A model generated the notes under the pieces. The model was given only the letters and a program-made list of their open reading frames with translations, was not told the origin of the DNA and ran no database searches. A DNA stretch of 63,885 bases, filler included, from Craspedostauros australis (Eukaryota), in assembly GCA_030167865.1 (NCBI GenBank). It is 9 parts of 9 records of this genome, joined end to end, with 100 filler letters (N's around TTAATTAATTAA, not from the genome) between each part and the next. Parts side by side here need not be neighbours in the genome. Positions count along the whole stretch, not along the records: positions 1 to 17,771 come from JALAGF010002935.1; positions 17,872 to 20,247 come from JALAGF010002941.1; positions 20,348 to 21,654 come from JALAGF010002942.1; positions 21,755 to 45,628 come from JALAGF010002943.1; 5 more parts are not named here. One strand, given 5' to 3'. The translations under genes were made by a program, and so were the position numbers. Positions 12,403-23,093 of the stretch are shown here, one piece after another. The first letter of the stretch is position 1, and each line of letters starts with the position of its first letter.

Positions 12403-15240
12403 ATGACCAAGCTTAAGACAACCATCACCAACGTTCTCCTCCTTGCCATCTTGGTGACGGCCGAAGCGCGCCTCCGAGGAGACAAGAACACGGACTCAGT
12501 CGAGCTGTTGCACATGGCGATGCAAGCCACCCGTATGCTTAAGGCTGGTGTTGGGATCGATGGCGATGGTGAAACGAAGAATATCAAGACGAATAAGACT
12601 GGCGTCTTCAATCCGATCGATCCTCCCACTTCGAAGCCGTCCGCATCTCCAACTTCGATTCCAACCTCCCGGCCGGCCTCATCGCCCACGGTTCTGCCAA
12701 CTGCAACTCCATCAGCTTCTCCAACCGGCTTCGATTCTACCATCTTGGTCAACTGCCTTCCCGACGGTACCACCGCCCTCACACTAGATGAAGCTCGCGC
12801 CAAGACTATCATCTGCAATGCCACCAAGGAATCATGCCGCAAGGCTGTGACTGCCGTCAAAGCATCCAGTCAATTGCGGAACTTCTTTGGATGCGCGGGA
12901 GATCTGGGCGAAGCAGCAGCACGCAAGCTCTTCAATCGATACGCAACGAACGCAGAGCTTGCTGAGCAACTCAGGATGGTCGCTGATGCTGGAATGACCC
13001 TCGTCACTGAACGACCGGACGTGATGAAGGCCGCTTGCATGGCCATCGCACAAGCTCAAACGCTGCCCAATGTCAATCCATGCTGCCAAGGAGCATCAGG
13101 ATGCACGTCAGCAACTGCTTCTGCTTCCACCTACCCACAATTCATGACCGTTGCCGTCGATGCATGTGTGGGAGACTATGCATGCAAGGACATGGGCCCC
13201 AACCCCCTCATCCTCGATTCATCCTGCACTGGCGCAAGTGCATGCGAGTTGATGAATGAGAACGAGGTCAACCCCTCCATCACTGGAGTCACCTTCGTCG
13301 GTGAGATGGCATGCACCACCTCTCAATCTTGTGAGGGAGTGGGACGTCGTTCTCATGGTGATGTCATCATCCAGACCGGCGCATGCATCGGATCAGACGC
13401 ATGCAATGCAGTTGGCCGTCGTGTGGAGCAATCAGCACCATCCTTTCGCTTCCGCAGCCACATCAACATCGGGGCGAATGCGTGCGTCGGCAGCAATGCC
13501 TGCAAGGACGCCCACTCTACTGTCGACCATGGTACTGCTGGCAAGCATGCAGGCAGCCTGACCATTGGTGACGGTGGCTGTGCTCGTGATGACTCATGCG
13601 AGAAGCTGGGTTTCACCGACAGGATGGAGACGGACATTATCATCTCTCCTGGTGCCTGCAGCGGTGCAAGCGGGTGCCGAGGGTGCATGACGAAGTCGGA
13701 GTGCAAGGTCGATGAAGTGTATCTCATCAGCGATGAAGATGGGGCGTGTCCAAAGGGAGGCACAGACACCAACAACAATCCGACAGGAGACAAGGTGGAT
13801 GAATTTTGTGTCAGCAAGGATACATTGCCCACAGATTGCCCTACGTTCTTCCCAACTCCTTTCCCAACGCTACCAGGGACGCCTTCTCCGACCCGCACGC
13901 CGTCCAGTATCCCAACCACATTGCCGTCCCAGTCTCCGTCTCAAACTCCATCCATTCTACCCTCAGACCAACCCTCTGATCTACCATCACATCGGCCATC
14001 GGATCTACCGTCCGAACCGCCATCCAATCAGCCCTCAGATCTGCCGTCCGAACCGCCATCCAATCATCCCTCAGATCTGCCGTCCGATCTACCATCTGCG
14101 ATCCCCTCGGAGGATCCGTCTGATCTACCGTCGGACATTCCAAGTTTAGTGCCTTCCCGCTCTCAAGCTCCCAGCGAGTCCATGGCTCCATCTCTCCCTC
14201 CAGCTTCGTTGGACGTTGGGTGCCTCGCAGATCCTGGAGTTGTGACATCGACCTTCAACCCGGTTTCTGGCCCACTCCTCTGCGACAGCGCTGTGGGCAC
14301 ATGTGCAAACTTCGTCGCTGCAGTCGACGCTTTCTCCGAGAACAGAGGGAGGATGATCAAGAGCATTTTCGCCTGCGACGATTCGGATCCAAACCCGCAA
14401 CCCGTGGCACAGGATGTGGCGCAGGCACGCTTCGACAAGATAAAGAACGACGCGAGTGTGACGGCGGCTCTCCTGAAAACATTGACGGACAACAAGAAGC
14501 TATACACTGCAAGCGCCGGGATCGTGACGACAGCATGCAATGGAAACTGCTGCACGCAGCCGGAAGCCTGCAAGACCAACCCTGCGTCCGGCGTGATGAC
14601 GGTGAGTGACGGATCCTGCATAGCAGACCATGCTTGCGAAGATGTATTCCCGGACATCATCATCCTTAGCAGCTGTGCAAGCCGGGTCTCCTGCTTTGGT
14701 ATCGGTGCATTCATGACTGACCAACCGAATGCTGCTGTCGACATCGGGTTCAGGGTGATTGGGCCGGCAACATGTCTTCGGAACGGAAGTTGCCAAAACT
14801 TCGGGACCAATATTTTCGGCAACATCCGAATCGAAGAAGGAGCATGCAACGGCGACTTCGCATGCTCAGACACTGGGATTCGCACAAGCCAAGGCGCTAC
14901 TACAGCGCCAAATGTGGCCAGCATTGTGGTCAGAAAGAATGCCTGTGAGGGAATGGACGCGTGCAAGTTTACCCACGGCGGATTCTCGAAAACCCAAGGA
15001 AGCTTGCTTATCGAAGAAGGCGCATGCCAAGGAGGGAATTCATGCGTCTTTCTTGGCTTAAACAATGATGCAATCAATGACATAGTGATCAAACAGGGAG
15101 TTTGTGATGTCAGCAAAGGTGAAACCTGCAAGGATTGCATCCGAGAAGAGGTGTGTGGTGGGGACACCGCACTGACATACACCATCGACAATGCAGGCGA
15201 GGATTGCGCTAGCCCGAATCCGCTCGCATGCGCGCCGTAG
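12403..15240 (+). CDS. Secreted Cys-rich repeat protein with Pro/Ser/Thr linkers (cell-surface/extracellular)
   Basis: Signal peptide ending AEA-RLRG. Two homologous Cys-rich regions built from GACxGxxAC repeats, separated by PT/PSDLPS tandem repeats. 945-aa single ORF. Confidence 0.8.
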   Translation: MTKLKTTITNVLLLAILVTAEARLRGDKNTDSVELLHMAMQATRMLKAGVGIDGDGETKNIKTNKTGVFNPIDPPTSKPSASPTSIPTSRPASSPTVLPTATPSASPTGFDSTILVNCLPDGTTALTLDEARAKTIICNATKESCRKAVTAVKASSQLRNFFGCAGDLGEAAARKLFNRYATNAELAEQLRMVADAGMTLVTERPDVMKAACMAIAQAQTLPNVNPCCQGASGCTSATASASTYPQFMTVAVDACVGDYACKDMGPNPLILDSSCTGASACELMNENEVNPSITGVTFVGEMACTTSQSCEGVGRRSHGDVIIQTGACIGSDACNAVGRRVEQSAPSFRFRSHINIGANACVGSNACKDAHSTVDHGTAGKHAGSLTIGDGGCARDDSCEKLGFTDRMETDIIISPGACSGASGCRGCMTKSECKVDEVYLISDEDGACPKGGTDTNNNPTGDKVDEFCVSKDTLPTDCPTFFPTPFPTLPGTPSPTRTPSSIPTTLPSQSPSQTPSILPSDQPSDLPSHRPSDLPSEPPSNQPSDLPSEPPSNHPSDLPSDLPSAIPSEDPSDLPSDIPSLVPSRSQAPSESMAPSLPPASLDVGCLADPGVVTSTFNPVSGPLLCDSAVGTCANFVAAVDAFSENRGRMIKSIFACDDSDPNPQPVAQDVAQARFDKIKNDASVTAALLKTLTDNKKLYTASAGIVTTACNGNCCTQPEACKTNPASGVMTVSDGSCIADHACEDVFPDIIILSSCASRVSCFGIGAFMTDQPNAAVDIGFRVIGPATCLRNGSCQNFGTNIFGNIRIEEGACNGDFACSDTGIRTSQGATTAPNVASIVVRKNACEGMDACKFTHGGFSKTQGSLLIEEGACQGGNSCVFLGLNNDAINDIVIKQGVCDVSKGETCKDCIREEVCGGDTALTYTIDNAGEDCASPNPLACAP
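13900..14160 (+). repeat. Coding tandem repeat (PSDL/PSEP/PSNQ tetrapeptides)
   Basis: 12-nt periodic repeats such as ccctcagatctgccgtccgaaccgccatccaat. Confidence 0.85.
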
Positions 15241-16279
15241 AGAGAGACATGGGTAGAGTGTGAAGTAAAATATGACAATGTATGGTGTTCTAGAATATAC
15301 TGTTTTACTAAATGTACGTGTTGATGTAAGAGCTATATCACCGGCTGCTACTCGGCGATGAGCCAAAGGTCGATCCAGATGAAGAGCAGTACTGTTGTTG
15401 ATGGGATTGTAACCAGATCAATTAAACAGGAATTATGACCAAGTGTTGTGTTCGGCTGTTTTGTTGCTGTTTTGGTTTGGTTTGCTGTCTTGGTGTGGTT
15501 TGCTGGCTTGGTGCTGGTGGTGGCTGCCAGCCATTGTGTTGCACCTGTGACTGACGTCATTGGCTTTCTGTGGTTCCGCGCCATCTGTCCGCACTTTTGT
15601 GCCATCTGCACCAACAGTACGAAGACTTCTTCATGGCCTGGTGCATTCTGTTGTTGTCATGTGCCATCATTAATAGAGCCTAAATGTAATGGCTGTGGTC
15701 TTTTGTTGGCTGTTGTTAGCTGTGGGCAGAGGCTTGATTGGCAAGCAGCCTGGACAAGAGTCTTCTTATCACAAGTAGTGAACTGAGAATACTGATGGTG
15801 CGTGAAGAAATGTGCAGATTTTGAGTGTTAGTGCTATGGTTCTTCTCATTGGGGAGGATCTCCTGTGTTGTTCTAAATAGTGGGGTGTACGGGTCATGTA
15901 GCCTGAGTACCATTGGAGGGATCCTTCTGTTGGGTTGCTGTCAGAAAAGGGCCATAGGGTTGCATAGCTCTGGTACCACGGGAGAGTCTCCTTCATGGAG
16001 TTGGAAGCTGGACGAAGGCCATCTTGCGCGTACTCCCACGTGGAGTCATACTGTCAATCTGGCAGTCTTGTACCGGCATCAAGTTTTTGGTGAGGAGGGG
16101 TTCCGATGACCCGGTCACCAGAACCCTTTTTCCATGGGTCCTGGGTTTCAAAGATTTTCTTCGAAGACTTGTGCCTGCTCCAAACGTGGTTCTGTCCGAA
16201 ACGTGGTTTGGACCAATTCGTGGGAAAACGAGTCATGTGTGCCAGGAAATCCTTCCTTAGCCTAACTTCTAGTTTAGCT

Positions 16280-16624
16280 CTATTTGTCATCATCTTGTCT
16301 TGCGGAGCAGGGGTCACACGATGCATCTTCCTCTGTTGTGAATGCTTTTGCATGACGTGGAATCCGTTCCCTGTGACGTAGTGTCAAAATAGCGCGCTGC
16401 GGAATCGAACCACGGAGCCAGTCCACGCCCTGCATGAACACAAGAAATTAACGCTTATAACCCATGTCGCGACAACGTAGAAGACGGATCATAGAGGCCA
16501 AACACAAAATAACTCGAAATATCCAATCACCGTTGCTCCCAAAAGCAATCAAACCAGTGACAACAAGGGCCAAAAATCTACAACTAGTGCTATCGTGACC
16601 CCATTCTGCATTCTCTGCAGGTAG
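16280..16624 (-). mobile_element. Terminal fragment of the mariner-like DNA transposon family (related to 46022 onward), interrupted by a 93-bp insertion
   Basis: Reverse complement aligns with 46022-46270 and 19446-19670. It begins TA|CTACCTGCAGAGAATG versus TA|CTAGCTGCAGAGAATG at 46020. Confidence 0.75.
16382..16474. mobile_element. 93-bp TGTC...GACA insertion with a 6-bp TSD (solo-LTR/TRIM-like) carrying a Pol III B-box
   Basis: ACGTAG is duplicated at 16376-16381 and 16475-16480. The empty site is visible in the sister copies (CTACGTCACAGG near 19571 and 46167). GGTTCGATTCC on the minus strand at 16411-16401. Confidence 0.75.
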
Positions 16625-17381
16625 TAAACATGTTGCCACTCACAGTAGCAGTTGCAATCGTCCGCAAGCTGGGGATGTCGCCCAGCGGGCGACCTTTTTG
16701 GCGAGAACAGAACACAATCGGTGACGTTCGTGGAGGAGTGCTCAGAATTGTGGCTTGTGCAGTCATTGATGAACTTCGTGTCGCCAACACAGGTGATTAT
16801 AAAACTTGCTCAGTATCAAAAGGACATGCGGAACCACGGATCAGTCAAAAACTCCGACTACAGATGACCCACACCAGAAAGATGCACATGCAACATTACA
16901 GCTTGACATCGAACGCAATGTTCCGTTTATTATGTGGAGTAGTCGTATGTATGTCTGCAGACCAATTGTTTAATCCATTGGTCTTATTGACGGGAAGAGA
17001 ACGGGAGAGAGACAAAACGAGGTGGCAACTTCACAATCGCCACCGTTTCAGGTGATCATGATTCGTGGTTGGAATCGAAAATGCCTCCCGATCTTTCCGC
17101 TCACCCGCATCGGACAAGGATAGAGAGAGGCGCTCGACGCAATGGGTCCAACTTCATGCCGCGCCGATGCATTTGATCCACACACAAGTAGAGTAGAAGT
17201 GCTCATGTTTGAGTGAATCGTGGCACTGCTCATCACACGCTGCCTCTTCATTTGAACAAACAACTTCTCCGCTTCAGAAAGCCATCCTGTCAATCTCACA
17301 AAATCGATCGACCGCCACATTACAAACCATACCATTTTCACTCGTCATCACTCATCACCACTCATCATCGCCCAGCTTCCA

Positions 17382-17428
17382 GCGACGACAGCAACGACAA
17401 CAACGACAACAACGACAACAACGACAAC
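17382..17428. repeat. (CGACAACAA)n microsatellite
   Basis: Direct reading of the sequence. Confidence 0.8.
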
Positions 17429-17771
17429 TAATAACACATCGAACGCTCCAACTACACTCATCTTGGTAGTATTCGAATGAGTCGTATGGTATTCGTGTAC
17501 CACAGGACGAATACTGATGCAGTCACGAGACTCTTCGTGTGTGATGAATCGTAATGTTATGATATCCGCAATTGCCGCAACTCCCATGTGGGATCGCTTT
17601 CTCGTCTCACAGACTGACTNNNNATTCAGATATATTGATTCCTCAATTCCACACCATCTTGTTGACACCTTGCAATTCAGATATATTGGTTCATCCAATA
17701 GATCTGAATAAGAGGTCCTCAATTGCACAGCTTCAGAATTATGGCAGTACTGGTCATCGTGGACCTGAACG

Positions 17772-17871
17772 NNNNNNNNNNNNNNNNNNNNNNNNNNNNN
17801 NNNNNNNNNNNNNNNTTAATTAATTAANNNNNNNNNNNNNNNNNNNNNNNNNNNNNNNNNNNNNNNNNNNN
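17772..17871. other. Artificial 100-bp contig spacer (44N-TTAATTAATTAA-44N); also at 20248, 21655, 45629, 48887, 55321, 60391 and 62286
   Basis: Eight identical spacers. TTAATTAATTAA gives stop codons in all six frames. Confidence 0.97.
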
Positions 17872-19023
17872 CAACAGCTGTTTTTGACTCTTGTCCACAT
17901 CGTATCGCGTACCGTGCTTCCTGACGTGATGTTTCACTTTCCAGTCAGCCAGTTTCGTCGTGCGATTGTTACCATACACACGCGTGATCCAGTCATCGAT
18001 ATACCAATTGTCAAATTCGATCGGATAGTAATAACCGAAGATGTCCAGATGGCTTCGATGGACCATATCGTGTGTCAGAATAGTCACCTTCCCTTGCTTG
18101 CAGGTGGGGCCGACCACACCGATGTTCGGGGGACTGTAGCTCATGAGTCTATCGACACCCTTCGTAGCCCAGTTCTGAGTTTTGAATTCGGAGTCATCGT
18201 TGATACGCACGATGTAGTCAGCGCCATGCTCGTAGGCGGCTCTGCACATTTCGTTCATTGGGATATGATGTTCTTTGGTTTTGGTGATGCTGATGAAGTT
18301 GAGTGTGAACGGCGTCGAATCATCGATCTGCCGACGATGCTGATCGTCTTCCCAGAAGGCATCGCCCACATCGAATGCGATGAGAAGCTCGAAGTTAAAG
18401 CTGGCTCGGTCTTGTTGCGTGACGGTTTTCTCCAAGGATGGGAGGAGAAGATTGCGCAATGTGGTTTCGTTGACACTCTGCCAGTTCGGCAAGGATCTGG
18501 TGCACGACGTGATCATTATCAGCGGTTTGCCACGGGTGGATGCATTCGCACGAAGAGCCACCTTGGTTGTGCGTTCCACCTTTGGTGGTGCCTCTATTTG
18601 ATGAGCAGCAGAGTTCGAATGCTCAGCAGCATTCCTATTCGCATTCCCAATTTCAACAGCACTCTGCGTGTTATCATCTCCGCTTTGCTGCTGCTCCTGC
18701 TGTTCCTCGGAGCCTGTGCCCTCCGAAGGGATGATCCCATCATGCGTGTGATCCAAATCGCTCAAGAAGGAGACGATGGGCATCACATCCAAGACGGACT
18801 GCGATTGCTGGCTGGTGGACCAGATGGAGATCATGGACAAAACCCCAACCATCGTGGCCATGTACAGCGCACGGTTATTCTTGGTTGATCGGCGATTTCC
18901 TCGCCAAGCTTTCTGGTCCTTTTGCTTCCGCCTGGTGGAGGCAGTCTGCGATGTCTTCTTCCCTTTGGTCTTCGTGACGGCAGATGCCGAACCATACTTC
19001 GGACTGTTGCTCTCGCCACCCAT
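17872..19023 (-). CDS. Type II membrane GT-A-fold glycosyltransferase-like protein, 5' part (runs into gap)
   Basis: Basic N-terminus, one TM segment (ALYMATMVGVLSMISIW) and a stem, then LIAFDVGD, ADYIVRINDDSEF (DxD-like), IGVVGP, THDMVHRSH, NWYIDDWITRVY. Confidence 0.75.
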
Positions 19024-19445
19024 CGTTTCAATCCTGCTCGGCCTGCTCTGACTCTTCTTGGTCCGTATGCTTCTTTTGTTCCTCTTGCCCTAATCCACTC
19101 TCATCTATTCTTATGACGCTCTTCTATCCTCCGAGTTCGATCTTGGTCCTCGGTCCTCGAGAAGTCAAGCGAGCAAAAAGGCACAATGACAACATATCCA
19201 TAATGATTTTGGTCCTAGTACGTGACTTGCGTCCCCACGCAAATTGGCGACTCAACGGGCTCGCTAAAAAACGTTTTTGTCCTCTTGCGCCGGCCATCTC
19301 GGCTCACGACATGAATCATATCTTAAATTAATAGAAATAGCCAGAGTTGCGGGAATTGTACCAATTTTTATTTCGCGCCTTGTGCGACGATCCTTGTTGT
19401 GTCACACCGTTGCCCTTTTTTGGTGCGACCTCCACCAAACCATAA

Positions 19446-19670
19446 ACTGGGTCACGATAACGCTAGTTGTAGAGTTTTGGCCCCTTGTTGCCACTGGTTT
19501 GCTTGCTTTTGGGAGAAACGGCGATTGTATATTTAGAGCTATTTCGTGTTTGCTCTCGCTGATCCGTCTTCTACGTCACAGGGAACGGATTCCACGTCAT
19601 GCAAAACGAGTCACAACAGAGGAAGAGGCATCGTGTGACTCTTCCTCCACAAGACAACGTGATGACTGTG
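19446..19670 (+). mobile_element. Subterminal fragment of the mariner-like family
   Basis: High similarity to 46045-46270 and to the reverse complement of 16280-16600 (gggtcacgata..ctagttgtagagttttggccccttgttgccactggtttgcttgcttttggga). Confidence 0.75.
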
Positions 19671-19856
19671 CGAAGCAACAACAGAATGCCAGCAAGGCAC
19701 GGGAAAAACGTTGAAAGTGGGTCTGGACGACGGACAGACTGCTCCGAACAGACATGTTCGGTTTGTCGCATCTGTGGGCTCCATCGAGTCAAGCACTGGA
19801 CGACAGAAGGTGGTCAATGGAACGTTAATACAACGTTATAAGCGATAACCTTGATT

Positions 19857-20000
19857 TTATTACATTCATTGAAACGCTATTACTTTCATTGAATCATTAT
19901 TACTTTCATTGAAACACTACTACTTTCATTGAAACGTTATTACTTTCATTGAATCGTGATTACTTTCATTGAATCGTGATTACTTTCATTGAAACGTCAT
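19857..20000. repeat. 20-bp minisatellite, about 7 copies (ttattactttcattgaaacg consensus)
   Basis: Head-to-tail units with no unique spacers. Confidence 0.9.
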
Positions 20001-20015
20001 CGTGACACTTCCATT

Positions 20016-20247
20016 AGAGAGGTTTCGCTTTCCACTCACCCAGTCACGACCAGTCCCACAAGGGAGTCATAACCTGATAGAGACACTTTCCCGGGGGGCG
20101 GCAAGAAATCACCCCCTCGCTGAGTGGAAATGATTTCCATTTCTGGCGCAGAAGTGGAAATCATTTCCACTCAGCGAGTCCTGGCAAAAGTGTCACTTCC
20201 ACATGGATAATAGACTTTGGCCAATCATGTTGTGTTATTTCGTTCTA
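20016..20247 (+). mobile_element. Left end of a MITE/DNA transposon related to 45024-45627, with a 63-nt internal hairpin
   Basis: Shares ccatt|AGAGAG...ctcacccagtcacgaccagtccc..gggagtcataacctgatagagacacttt and gagtcctggcaaaa with 45019-45215. Palindrome at 20116-20178. Confidence 0.75.
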
Positions 20248-20347
20248 NNNNNNNNNNNNNNNNNNNNNNNNNNNNNNNNNNNNNNNNNNNNTTAATTAAT
20301 TAANNNNNNNNNNNNNNNNNNNNNNNNNNNNNNNNNNNNNNNNNNNN

Positions 20348-21654
20348 AAGACGATCAGCATCGTCGGCAGATCGATGATTCGACGCCGTTCACACTCAAC
20401 TTCATCAGCATCACCAAAACCAAAGAACATCATATCCCAATGAACGAAATGTGCAGAGCCGCCTACGAGCATGGCGCTGACTACATCGTGCGTATCAACG
20501 ATGACTCCGAATTCAAAACTCAGAACTGGGCTACGAAGGGTGTCGATAGACTCATGAGCTACAGTCCCCCGAACATCGGTGTGGTCGGCCCCACCTGCAA
20601 GCAAGGGAAGGTGACTATTCTGACACACGATATGGTCCATCGAAGCCATCTGGACATCTTCGGTTATTACTATCCGATCGAATTTGACAATTGGTATATC
20701 GATGACTGGATCACGCGTGTGTATGGTAACAATCGCACGACGAAACTGGCTGACTGGAAAGTGAAACATCACGTCAGGAAGCACGGTACGCGATACGATG
20801 TGGACAAGAGTCAAAAACAGCTGTTGGGACAAACTGTGAAGCGTGGAAGACATCAACTGATGACGTACTTACAGCTTGGTGCTGTGATTGATCCCTTCAA
20901 GTACAGCGTTCTGGGCACGTCAAGGATAGGTATATCATCGGGTCCAATCCAACAGACGCACGAACGATTGCGGCAAGAGAACGGTTGGTCACCGGGCAAG
21001 CCGCTGNTNATNATCNCNNCNTGCACCAGATCCTTGNCAAACTGGCAGAGTGTCAACGAAACCACNTTGCACAANCTNCTCCTCCCATCCTTGGAGAAAA
21101 CNGTCACNCAANNNGANCGNGNNANNTTTAACTTCGAGCTNCTCATCGCATTCGATGTGGGCGATNCNTTCTGGGAAGACGATCAGCATCGTCGGCAGAT
21201 CGATGATTCGACGCCGTTCACACTCAACTTCATCAGCATCACCAAAACCAAAGAACATCATATCCCAATGAACGAAATGTGCAGAGCCGCCTACGAGCAT
21301 GGCGCTGACTACATCGTGCGTATCAACGATGACTCCGAATTCAAAACTCAGAACTGGGCTACGAAGGGTGTCGATAGACTCATGAGCTACAGTCCCCCGA
21401 ACATCGGTGTGGTCGGCCCCACCTGCAAGCAAGGGAAGGTGACTATTCTGACACACGATATGGTCCATCGAAGCCATCTGGACATCTTCGGTTATTACTA
21501 TCCGATCGAATTTGACAATTGGTATATCGATGACTGGATCACGCGTGTGTATGGTAACAATCGCACGACGAAACTGGCTGACTGGAAAGTGAAACATCAC
21601 GTCAGGAAGCACGGTACGCGATACGATGTGGACAAGAGTCAAAAACAGCTGTTG
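20348..21654 (+). CDS. Internal part of the same glycosyltransferase: two in-frame tandem GT domains (828-bp period)
   Basis: 20348-20826 = 21176-21654 = reverse complement of 17872-18350. The frame stays open across the linker. Both ends run into gaps. Confidence 0.7.
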
Positions 21655-21754
21655 NNNNNNNNNNNNNNNNNNNNNNNNNNNNNNNNNNNNNNNNNNNNTT
21701 AATTAATTAANNNNNNNNNNNNNNNNNNNNNNNNNNNNNNNNNNNNNNNNNNNN

Positions 21755-23093
21755 TGGTGGTGCTGGTGGTGGTGGTGGTGGTGGTGATGCTGGTGGTGGT
21801 GATGCTGGTGGTGGTGATGCTGGTGGTTGTTGTGACCACCTTCTTGGTCTTCTTCTTCTTCTGGTGCTTGGCCTTGGGAGCGCTTTTGTCGCTCGTCTTA
21901 CCAGATGCACTGAAGCGGCTGCTGGTGGCGCTCATTCTTTTTCCCGAGCAGCTCGCCCCGTCGCCAGGACCCTCAGGGAAACACTCACCAAACATGCCAT
22001 ACTGTTGCGAGAAGAAGTCAGCAAAGCAGATGGAATCGCGTGGGTTAGTGTGTGCATCGAGTCATTGCAGATCGTGAAAATTGGCCATCGTGTTCTTACT
22101 TACCTCAACTCTTGTTGGCTTCTCATGAGTAGATAGCGGATGGCATGTCGCGGTTCCAATGCTGGAGTCATCGCAATGGGAGGGCACACATGTTCGGCAT
22201 GTGTTGATGTCAAGCCAGGATTGGGGCGTAGTCGCCCCAACTAGCAACAAGCCAGCGAACACAGTGCGCTCATGTGTAGAACGAGCTTTTGGAGCAAAAG
22301 TAACGATGGGATGAGAACTGTTCTGTTCCACAACGCGCACGATTAGAACAGGTGCCCTTACCATCCCTTCTTTGTCATTTGTTTCAACTTCGAGTTCCAA
22401 GTAGTTAATGCCGCTGAGAACACCATCTGTCGTGCGTTCCCCTCGATTTGTCACAGCAAATGGCAAATTGACCATCTGAGTTTGCACTGGTGCTCCGTCG
22501 CACTGTTTCATGCGAGACAATGACTTCATGGTAGTATCCGCACGTGCCTTCTCGTCGATGAAAGGCGACACCCACCGTCCGTTGGCAAGCGTGAAGTCAT
22601 CGCGCAAATGGTCATGCAGAAGTTCCATGTTCGCAAGAGCAGCGTTTTGAGTCACTTCAAACACAACAGACATGCCGCCAGGCGCGACATGACCACGAAG
22701 GTCTTTGTGGCAAGTGCCACCAGTGAGTTCAGATGCAAGGTCAATGACGCGTTTGCCATTCGCGTTGCGGTAGAAGGTCCGAGTGACAGGAAGTTCATGT
22801 TTGTTGTTGGCGTCGAGCCAATTCATGACATCGGCGTCAGTGGTGGTGACTGGTGGTGGAGGAGTGATTTTGGTCATGGCTGGTGGTGGGTGGTGTGGAA
22901 GGGCGATGGTGGTGGTTGTTTGTTGCAGCGGCGGTGGTGGCAGTGGCTGCGTTGTTCCGTTGTTGTTGTCTAGCTTGGTCAGGTCGATGTCAGTTCGGAT
23001 CATTCGAGAAGCTTCTCGAATCGTTTTGGCGTTCGCAGCAAGCTCAGAAACGGTCGGAGATTCGTCGGCATCTCTCCTGACTGAAAAAGCCAA
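21755..23093 (-). CDS. Hypothetical protein, probably spliced, with a low-complexity K/T-rich C-terminal region
   Basis: 343-aa ORF 22062-23093. Candidate GTAAG donors near 22360 and 22103. Downstream frame reads KHQKKKKTKKVVTTTT. No recognisable domain; start uncertain. Confidence 0.35.

Noticed and set aside
15348..16260. Degenerate retroelement gag remnant (YCWCRWH..W on the minus strand near 15600)
   Set aside because: Only one weak motif among many stops; insufficient to call.
16382..16474. Intact tRNA gene on the minus strand
   Set aside because: A B-box is present, but no D-arm, anticodon arm or full acceptor stem can be folded.
17625..17710. Short direct repeat and hairpin (ATTCAGATATATTG x2)
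   Set aside because: Adjacent to Ns at a contig end and too short to interpret.
17772..17871. Recurring palindromic TTAATTAATTAA as a biological motif
   Set aside because: It is always centred in an exact 100-bp N spacer and is an artificial six-frame stop linker.
19857..20000. CRISPR-like array
   Set aside because: The units are head-to-tail 20-mers with no unique spacers, there are no cas genes, and the context is eukaryotic.
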